Assembly: GCA_031082205.1 (NCBI GenBank)
Contig: JAVHLJ010000006.1
Location: forward strand, 1,445-65,444
DNA from: Elusimicrobiales bacterium
Lineage (GTDB): Bacteria; Elusimicrobiota; Elusimicrobia; Elusimicrobiales; UBA9959
Reading direction: 5' to 3'
Length of the DNA stretch: 64,000 nt
Made by a program: the position numbers and the translations under genes. The notes beneath the pieces are model-generated. The model was given only the letters and a program-made list of their open reading frames with translations, was not told the DNA's origin and searched no databases. This document shows, one piece after another, positions 46,980-54,104 of the stretch; within the stretch, counting starts at the first letter, position 1; every line of letters starts with the position of its first letter.

Positions 46980-47729
46980 TCAGTTCCACTCCACGGTCAC
47001 TTTTTCGGGAGCCTGGGGCGGCGCCAGTTCCTCGGCCATCTTTCCCGCGTCGGGGCTGATGTCGCGGAACATGCCGTCGCCGCGCACCGCGTAGGTCTGG
47101 AAGCCGCGGGTGGTCTTGATGGGGCTGGAGAAGCTCCAGTTGACGTCGGCCTGCATGTAGGCGAGCGGGTCCTCGGGGGTGCCGACGTTCATCGGGTCGG
47201 ATATCCTTATATCCATATAGTACTTGAAGCCCCACTTGATGGAGAAGCGGGTGGCCTTGGCGGTGAAGTTGGTTATGTACTTGCCGCGGTTGTTCTGGTC
47301 GTGGCCGCCGTAGAAGAAGGAGACTTCGTACTGCACGTCCAGCACGGTCATGCCGTAGAGGTTCTTGGATTTCAGCTCGTAAACGACCTTCTTTGGGCCG
47401 CGCCAGCCGGTGATATTGTGCCAGTTGCCCCAGCCGGGCAGCGCGCTGGCGTAAGTGTGGCTGAGATGGGAGGAGGCCTGCCCGCCGTTGACTATGTTCC
47501 AGGCGGTCGCGCCGCCGTTTATGATGGCGCCCGCCGCGGCCACGGGGGCGGCCTTGCGCTCGGGCATGACGAGGTCGGCTGGTTCTTCGGGCGCCTCAAC
47601 CTCGCGGACGTTCACCACGGTGTCGGCTATGGTGAAGTAGGAGGGATCGTTCTCCAGGCCCTCGGCTCCCAGGAAAGAAAAGGGAGATATGACGAGTATG
47701 GCGGACAGCGCTGTCTTGAGGTAGTTCAT
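46980..47729 (-). CDS. Secreted protein of unknown function, tandem paralog B
   Basis: Signal peptide MNYLKTALSAILVISPFSFLGA with SD GGAGGAAACAG. Homologous to 46187..46972 over about 170 aa. Confidence 0.6.
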   Translation of the reverse strand: MNYLKTALSAILVISPFSFLGAEGLENDPSYFTIADTVVNVREVEAPEEPADLVMPERKAAPVAAAGAIINGGATAWNIVNGGQASSHLSHTYASALPGWGNWHNITGWRGPKKVVYELKSKNLYGMTVLDVQYEVSFFYGGHDQNNRGKYITNFTAKATRFSIKWGFKYYMDIRISDPMNVGTPEDPLAYMQADVNWSFSSPIKTTRGFQTYAVRGDGMFRDISPDAGKMAEELAPPQAPEKVTVEWN

Positions 47730-47767
47730 CTGTTTCCTCCGTTCGGGGATTCGTTATCCCCGCATAT

Positions 47768-47795
47768 AGTTTAACCCGCCGGTAAAAAACCACAA
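47768..47795 (-). promoter_or_regulatory. Candidate promoter of the tandem paralog pair
   Basis: Minus strand TTGTGG-16 nt-TAAACT, followed by the 5' UTR hairpin GGGGAT-aacga-ATCCCC and the SD. Confidence 0.35.
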
Positions 47796-48085
47796 GGGCG
47801 CAAGGGCCCACGCCGGGTCATGGTCAAAGGTCCCAGTGCGGTCTGGGCCCCGCGCCGCCGTCCCGCGCGCCCCGGACCGCGCCCGCCGGGCATTGACGCG
47901 TCAACCCCGGGGCCGCGGCGGCCCCCGGCGGTGAAGACCTTTGGGCCTATGCCGCCTGGGCCATTTGGGCCCTTGACAAAGGAGAGGAGGTCTTTTACCC
48001 TATAAATGAGAATGACCGCCGGGGATAAGGAAAGGGACTTTCCTGTATTCAAGCGGAAGTTTTGTTGTCAGCGGATCGGAAAAAT

Positions 48086-50605
48086 ATGCGCAAGCCGGTG
48101 ATATACCTGACGCTCCTCGCGGCCCTGTCGGCCGCGGTCCTGCCGGCCGCGGCCGGGGGCCAGGACGCCCCGGCCATACCGGAGCCGGGCAGCGCGGTCG
48201 TCACTCATCAGGATCGCGACAGCCTGCCTCCCCAGGTCCCCTTCAAAAGGCCCCCCCTGGAGATGGCACAGTCCCTTCTGTCCGACCTGGACGGAAAGAC
48301 GGGCGACGCGCTGTCGGAGTACATCGAGGACAACTGCCGCAGGATCGGGTTCGTGGTGCTGCGGGTGCGCAAGGCCATAAGGGAAGGGTCGCTGGACGCT
48401 CAGGACCCCGTGCTGATGCGCCTCTCGGACCTGGGCGTGGGGCCTTTCACCGGGGAACTGTCGTTCAGAAGGGAAGATCTCACCAGGCGCACCTTTCCAG
48501 GCGTCAAGCCGTCGGGCGGCGCCGGGGACGGAGGCCTGGACAATAAGTCCGACCAGGGCGGTCCCGGCGCGCCCGGAGGGTCCGGTTCAAGGCGCACCGG
48601 TCCCGGAAGCAGGCGCCCCGATCCCCTGGTGGAGGCGCTGGCCAGGGTGGGGGAGGAGGTCGAGTCCGGCAATAACAAGCAGGCCGAGGCCGACATCTCC
48701 GCCCTTCAGAACGTTTTCCCCCGCAACCCGGACGTTCATACCGCCGCGGCCGAATATTTCAACGAGATGCAGAATTTCGCCCGCGCGGCCGACGCGGCCA
48801 CCACCGCCATAAAGCTGGCCCCGGACAGCCCCGACGCCTACAAGGCCAGGGCCCTGGCCCGGTCCTCGATGGAGGACCGCAAGGGAGCCATCGAGGACAT
48901 ACGCAAGGCCATGGCCGCCGACCCGCAGGACGAATCGGCGCGGATACTTTCAGCCCTCATTGAGAGCCGCCGCGAGACCTCCAGCCTCAGGAGCCTCGCT
49001 TCCCTGCAGGACATAAAGCGCAGTTTCGAGGGGGGCGCCCCTTCGGCGGCAGAGGGCGCGGCCGCGGCGGGCCTCTCCGGTCTCGAGCTCAAGCCGGCGG
49101 CCGCCGCGCAGGTCCCGCCGCAGGAATCGGCCAAGGCCTCGGCCTACCTCAAGACCGCCGCCTCCAAGACGCGGCTGGGCGACTACGAGGCGGCCGCGCG
49201 CTACGCCACCATGGCCCTGGAGAAGAACCCCGCCTCGGACGAGGCCTACCTGGAGCGCGCCAACGCCTATAATTTCCTCGGCAAATACGACGACGCCGTG
49301 CGCGACACCACCCGCGTGCTCGACCACGACCCCGGCAACGTGCAGGCCCTGAACATGCGCGCCTGGGCGCTCAACCGCAAGGGCATGTTCCGCGAGGCGG
49401 AGGGCGACGCCGATAAGGCGATAAAGCTCAATCCCGGCTACGCCGACTCCTGGTTCAACCGGGCCCTGGCCTACGAGAAAATGGGCGACTACAAGCGCAT
49501 GCTGGAGGATTTCCGGCAGGCCGCCTCGCTCAATACGGCCTACGCCTCCCGCTTCCGCGACGCCGTGGCCCAGTACTCGGGCCGCGTGCAGGATTTCGAT
49601 CCCGGCGCGGCGGCGGTACAGCCGGAGCCCGGCGCGGAGCCCCGCCCCCGCCGCAACAAGACCGGCCGCTTCGCCATGACGCTGGGCTTCACGCTGAGCG
49701 GCGGCCTGCTCATCGCCTTCGGCATGCTGCACGTTCTCTCCGGGCGCCGGGAGCGGCCCGACGGCCGCGACACCCAGCCCGACATACTCTCCCCGTCCAT
49801 CTTCTACGAGGGCGTTACCTCGGGCAAGTACAAGATAGAGCGCAAGCTGGGCGAGGGAGGCATGGGCGTTGTCTACGAGGCCGTGGACCAGTCGCTCGAG
49901 CGCCCCGTCGCCATCAAGCGCATGAACGACGAGATCAAGCTCAACGAGAACGAGAAGCAGCGCTTCCTGCAGGAGGCCCGCACCGTCGCGCTGCTCCACC
50001 ACCCTAACATCGTGGAGATCTACACCATCTTCGAAGAGGACGACAATATCTACCTCGTCTTCGAGTTCATCGACGGCCCCACGCTGGACAAGAAGCTCGA
50101 GAAAGAGGTCATGCTGGGCACCGCCAGCGTGGTGGAGATCTTCGACCAGGTCTGCAAGGCGCTCTCCTACGCCCATTCCAAGAACGTCGTCCACCGCGAC
50201 CTCAAGCTGGGCAACATCATGATCAACTCCGAGGGCGACGTGAAGGTCATGGACTTCGGCCTGGCCCGCTCGGCCAAGGAGACTCTGGCCCGCGCCAGCC
50301 GGGAAGTCGTCGGCAGCCCGGCCTACATGGCCCCCGAGCAGGCCTACGGCGTCTCGGGCAAGGAATCCGACATCTATTCGCTGGGCGTCTGCGTCTACGA
50401 GTCCCTGACCGGCACGCTGCCATTCCCCGGCCCCGATTTCCAGGAGCAGAAGGAGAAGATGCGCTACCACCCGGTGAGCGCTGTGATGGCCGGCATCCCC
50501 AAGGCCTTCGACGCTCTGCTGGAGAAGGCCATGGACCCCGACCCCGACAAGCGCTTCCGCACGGTGGAAGAGTTCAGGGCGGCCCTGCTCGCCGTGCGCG
50601 GCTGA
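48086..50605 (+). CDS. Membrane Ser/Thr protein kinase with extracytoplasmic N-terminal TPR region and C-terminal Hanks-type kinase domain
   Basis: Signal peptide MRKPVIYLTLLAALSAAVLPAAAGG. TPR repeats. TM segment FAMTLGFTLSGGLLIAFGMLHVL. Kinase motifs GEGGMGVVYEA, AIK, HRDLKLGNIMI, DFGLAR, SPAYMAPE. Confidence 0.8.
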   Translation: MRKPVIYLTLLAALSAAVLPAAAGGQDAPAIPEPGSAVVTHQDRDSLPPQVPFKRPPLEMAQSLLSDLDGKTGDALSEYIEDNCRRIGFVVLRVRKAIREGSLDAQDPVLMRLSDLGVGPFTGELSFRREDLTRRTFPGVKPSGGAGDGGLDNKSDQGGPGAPGGSGSRRTGPGSRRPDPLVEALARVGEEVESGNNKQAEADISALQNVFPRNPDVHTAAAEYFNEMQNFARAADAATTAIKLAPDSPDAYKARALARSSMEDRKGAIEDIRKAMAADPQDESARILSALIESRRETSSLRSLASLQDIKRSFEGGAPSAAEGAAAAGLSGLELKPAAAAQVPPQESAKASAYLKTAASKTRLGDYEAAARYATMALEKNPASDEAYLERANAYNFLGKYDDAVRDTTRVLDHDPGNVQALNMRAWALNRKGMFREAEGDADKAIKLNPGYADSWFNRALAYEKMGDYKRMLEDFRQAASLNTAYASRFRDAVAQYSGRVQDFDPGAAAVQPEPGAEPRPRRNKTGRFAMTLGFTLSGGLLIAFGMLHVLSGRRERPDGRDTQPDILSPSIFYEGVTSGKYKIERKLGEGGMGVVYEAVDQSLERPVAIKRMNDEIKLNENEKQRFLQEARTVALLHHPNIVEIYTIFEEDDNIYLVFEFIDGPTLDKKLEKEVMLGTASVVEIFDQVCKALSYAHSKNVVHRDLKLGNIMINSEGDVKVMDFGLARSAKETLARASREVVGSPAYMAPEQAYGVSGKESDIYSLGVCVYESLTGTLPFPGPDFQEQKEKMRYHPVSAVMAGIPKAFDALLEKAMDPDPDKRFRTVEEFRAALLAVRG

Positions 50606-50624
50606 ACCGGGCCCAGCGCCGGAG

Positions 50625-50652
50625 GGCGCCCGCCGCCGGCGGGCGCCTTTTT
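50625..50652 (+). terminator. Intrinsic terminator after the kinase gene
   Basis: GGCGCCCGCC-gcc-GGCGGGCGCC followed by TTTTT. A TATAAT hexamer at 50667-50672 follows, upstream of tdh. Confidence 0.7.
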
Positions 50653-50713
50653 CATTTGTCTATTTGTATAATGTTCCCATAGCCGTTCACACCGTTCCAC
50701 AGGAGCGACACCG

Positions 50714-51742
50714 ATGAAAGCCCTCGTCAAGAAAAAGGCCGAAAAAGGACTCTGGCTGGAGGACGTTCCCGAGCCCGAGGTCGGAGACAACGACGTCCTC
50801 ATAAAGATAAAGAAGACCGCCATCTGCGGCACCGACATACACATCTACCAGTGGGACGAGTGGGCGCAGAAAACGATCCCGGTCCCGATGCACGTCGGCC
50901 ACGAGTTCGTCGGCGAGATAGCGGCGCTGGGCAAGGCGGTCAAGGGCCACCGCGTCGGCGAGCGCGTCAGCGGCGAAGGACACATCGTATGCGGGCACTG
51001 CCGCAACTGCAAGGCCGGCCACCGCCACCTCTGCATCAATACCCGCGGCGTGGGCGTTAACCGCCCCGGCTGCTTCGCCGAGTACCTCTCCATCCCCGCC
51101 GAGAACGTCTTCTCTATCCCGTCCGGGGTCAGCGACGACGAGGCCTCCATACTCGATCCCCTGGGCAACGCGGTGCACACGGCGCTCTCGTTCGACCTTA
51201 TAGGCGAGGACGTGCTGATAACCGGCGCGGGCCCGATCGGCATCATGGCCGGGGCGATAGCCAACCATGTCGGCGCGCGCCACGTGGTCATCACCGACGT
51301 CAACGAGTACCGCATGGAGCTGGCGCGAAAGCTCGGTATAAAGAACGTGGTGGACCCGCGCAAGGAGACCATGCCCGAGGTGATGAAGCGGCTGGGGATG
51401 ACCGAGGGCTTCGACGTGGGCCTGGAGATGAGCGGCAACGGCGGCGCCTTCAACGACATGATAAATTCCGTCAAGATGGGGGCCAAGATAGCCCTGCTGG
51501 GCATACTGCCCTCCGACACGGCCATACCGTGGAGCCAGGTCATCTTCAAGGCCCTGTTCCTCAAGGGCATATACGGCCGCGAGATGTTCGAGACCTGGTA
51601 TAAAATGTGCGCCATGCTGACCAGCGGCCTCGACATCAAGCCGGTCATCACCCACCGCTTCCCCTACACGGAGTTCAAAGAGGGTTTCGAGATCATGTCC
51701 TCCGGGAAGTCGGGGAAGATAATACTGGACTGGACGAAATAG
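50714..51742 (+). CDS. tdh: L-threonine 3-dehydrogenase
   Basis: 342 aa. [36 protein letters not shown] and the structural-Zn Cys cluster [15 protein letters not shown]. Confidence 0.85.
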   Translation: MKALVKKKAEKGLWLEDVPEPEVGDNDVLIKIKKTAICGTDIHIYQWDEWAQKTIPVPMHVGHEFVGEIAALGKAVKGHRVGERVSGEGHIVCGHCRNCKAGHRHLCINTRGVGVNRPGCFAEYLSIPAENVFSIPSGVSDDEASILDPLGNAVHTALSFDLIGEDVLITGAGPIGIMAGAIANHVGARHVVITDVNEYRMELARKLGIKNVVDPRKETMPEVMKRLGMTEGFDVGLEMSGNGGAFNDMINSVKMGAKIALLGILPSDTAIPWSQVIFKALFLKGIYGREMFETWYKMCAMLTSGLDIKPVITHRFPYTEFKEGFEIMSSGKSGKIILDWTK

Positions 51743-51755
51743 GAACGGAGGCCCC

Positions 51756-52256
51756 TTGCACTTCTACCGCGACTTCGACAAGCTCTGCCTGGCCCTGAAA
51801 GGGCCCGGCGCCTTCCTCGTCGTGGAGGACGGCAGGGGCGGCGCCAACCCCATGACCATCGGGTGGGCGCAGCTGGGCGTGACCTGGGGCCTGCCCGTGA
51901 TGAGCGTGCTGGTCCGTCCCTCGCGCCACACCTATTCGCTGCTGCGCAGCGCCTCCTGCTTCACGGTCTGCGTGCCGCGCGAGGGGGAGATGAGGAAGGA
52001 GCTCGCCTTCTGCGGCTCCCGCTCCGGCCGCGACGCGGACAAGGCCAAAGAGTGCGGGCTGGTCCTCCGTCCCGGCTCGCTGCCGGGCTCCTTCTTCGTC
52101 GAAGGCTCCGCCCTGGTCTACGAATGTTCGCTCCTTCACCGGACGCCGCTTACGCCCGGCGCCCTGCCGGCGGAACTGGTCTCCCGCTATTACCCCGAGG
52201 GCGACTGGCACGATATCTTCACCGGCGAAGTGAAACTGCTGAGGGGTGCGAAGTGA
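51756..52256 (+). CDS. Flavin reductase-like (FMN-binding split-barrel) domain protein
   Basis: TTG start with SD GGAGG. ANPMTIGWAQLGVTWGLPVMSVLVRPSRHTYSLL is typical of the flavin reductase-like family. Confidence 0.6.
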   Translation: MHFYRDFDKLCLALKGPGAFLVVEDGRGGANPMTIGWAQLGVTWGLPVMSVLVRPSRHTYSLLRSASCFTVCVPREGEMRKELAFCGSRSGRDADKAKECGLVLRPGSLPGSFFVEGSALVYECSLLHRTPLTPGALPAELVSRYYPEGDWHDIFTGEVKLLRGAK

Positions 52257-52258
52257 GA

Positions 52259-53482
52259 ATGCCCCGCTCCGCCGCGCTGATCCCGCTCTGCCTGTGCCTC
52301 GCCGCCTGCGGGCCGGTCAAGCGCAAGGCCGCGGACTATTACGTGGACAAGGCGGCCGGCGTGATGGAGGCCGTCTCCGTGCGCGAGGCCGACGTAGAGA
52401 AGGCCTTCGGCTGGCTGGCCAAAGCGCTCAGCCTGGACCCTTCCTCCGGGCGGGCCGTCGCCGTGGCGCAGGAGCTTTCCGCCGCTGCCGCCCGCAACGG
52501 CTTCGCCAGGGCTTCTGAACTCGAGGTCAGGGTCCTTTCCGACCTTGTGGCCGCCAGCCCGGAACAGTGGCACGCCTACCCTCCGCTGGTGCAGGCGCTG
52601 GCGCTGCGCGGGGAGCTGGAGCCGCTGGCTTCGCTGGCCGCCTCGCTGTCGAAGAGGGAAAAGAACCTGCCCGGCCCGGAGCGGCATCGCGCGCTGATGT
52701 CCCTGTGCATAGCCCGCGCCGCGCTCCTGCCATGGCTGGAGTCCGACGGTTTCCTCGCCCTCAACCGCAGTCCCGACCGCGTTCGCGAGCGAACGATGGA
52801 ATACGTCTCGCAGGCCGAACTGCTTGCGGAGTCCAGGACGCTGATAGACGACCTTGAAAAAAAGGACGCCTCCCTGAAGGCCGGCGCGCCGCAGGCCCTG
52901 GTCTCTTCCTTCGAGGTGGCCATGGGCGACGTCTTCGGCCGGCCGGAAGAAATGGAGCGCATGCGTTCCATCGCCGCCCTTTTCGCTTCCGAGCAGGCCT
53001 ACACCCGGGCGGCGGAGCTGACCGTGCAGGGCAATGTCCACCTGCTGGCCAGGGAATACGGGAAAGCCCGAGCCATGTTCACATCAGCCCTGCGCAACTG
53101 GCCGGCCATGCTGGACGCCAGGCGCCAGCTGGTGGAAGTGGACTTCCAGGAAGGGGCCGGTCTGGCCGTGGCCGGCAAGGACATGCGGCAGGCCCGCAGG
53201 CTGCTTTACAGGGCCTACGAGGACAGCGAGGAACTTATAGAGTCCGCCCTCGAGAAGGGGCCCGCGCTCCCTTTCGTCAGCCCGGGCCGCTTCGCCGGCG
53301 ACCTCTACGCCCTCAAGGCCGCAGTCATTTCTGCCGTCTACGCCATAGAGGGGAAAAAGCTGCGCAACAAGGTTAAGCTGGAGACCGAATTCAAGGCGGC
53401 CCTCGACGAGGCCGTGCGCCTCGCCCCCGACAGCCGCCTGGCGAGGGAACTGCTTGAGCGCTATTCCAAAGAAGGCTTCTAG
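52259..53482 (+). CDS. Hypothetical lipoprotein, helical-repeat (TPR-like)
   Basis: MPRSAALIPLCLCLAACGP contains a lipobox. The rest is alpha-helical in composition. Confidence 0.45.
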   Translation: MPRSAALIPLCLCLAACGPVKRKAADYYVDKAAGVMEAVSVREADVEKAFGWLAKALSLDPSSGRAVAVAQELSAAAARNGFARASELEVRVLSDLVAASPEQWHAYPPLVQALALRGELEPLASLAASLSKREKNLPGPERHRALMSLCIARAALLPWLESDGFLALNRSPDRVRERTMEYVSQAELLAESRTLIDDLEKKDASLKAGAPQALVSSFEVAMGDVFGRPEEMERMRSIAALFASEQAYTRAAELTVQGNVHLLAREYGKARAMFTSALRNWPAMLDARRQLVEVDFQEGAGLAVAGKDMRQARRLLYRAYEDSEELIESALEKGPALPFVSPGRFAGDLYALKAAVISAVYAIEGKKLRNKVKLETEFKAALDEAVRLAPDSRLARELLERYSKEGF

Positions 53483-54101
53483 GGCCGCCCTGGCCAGCGC
53501 CGCGCTGCTGTTCTGCTGCGCGGCCGGTTCTTACGGCCAGGAGGCATCCACCGCCCCCGTTCCCTCGCAGGGCTCGCTGAAACTCAACCTGGTGACCGAC
53601 ATGGACGGTTCCAGGATGGGGCTGGATTATTCGCTGCGCTGGGATTTCCGCGACCTGGCCGGCATCAATCCCTTCTCGCTCAAAGGCTACTCCAGGCTGA
53701 ACCCTTTCCGGGGCTGGAACATCTACGACAACACCCGCTGGCGCTTCTACGGGGTCAGCGTGAACCCGTGGCGCGCCGTGGTCAGCCGGCGCAAGCCTGA
53801 TATCTCCGGCGGCGGCCAGGCCGCGGGCGGCGGAGAGGCCGACGGTAACGGCCGGAGGGAGGCGGGTCGCAGGGTATGGAAACTTTCCCTGAGCCCTCTG
53901 CTGGACGACCTGCGCGAGAACCTCGACGAGGATCTCAGGCGCGCCCTGCTCGACGCGGCGCTGGACCCCGTCTCCGAGGACTGGGACGCCGTGCCGCGCG
54001 AAGGCAAGAAAGCTTTCATGAGGGACGTCCTGTCCCTCCAGGTCTGGGAACTGCCCCTCATGGGGCAGCCCAGGAAAGGCATAAAGTATATCGCCGAGTA
54101 G
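53454..54101 (+). CDS. Hypothetical secreted protein
   Basis: TTG start (uncertain) and signal-like AALASAALLFCCAAGSYGQEA. Overlaps the upstream gene by 29 nt. Confidence 0.35.
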   Translation: MSAIPKKASRAALASAALLFCCAAGSYGQEASTAPVPSQGSLKLNLVTDMDGSRMGLDYSLRWDFRDLAGINPFSLKGYSRLNPFRGWNIYDNTRWRFYGVSVNPWRAVVSRRKPDISGGGQAAGGGEADGNGRREAGRRVWKLSLSPLLDDLRENLDEDLRRALLDAALDPVSEDWDAVPREGKKAFMRDVLSLQVWELPLMGQPRKGIKYIAE

Positions 54102-54104
54102 CGG

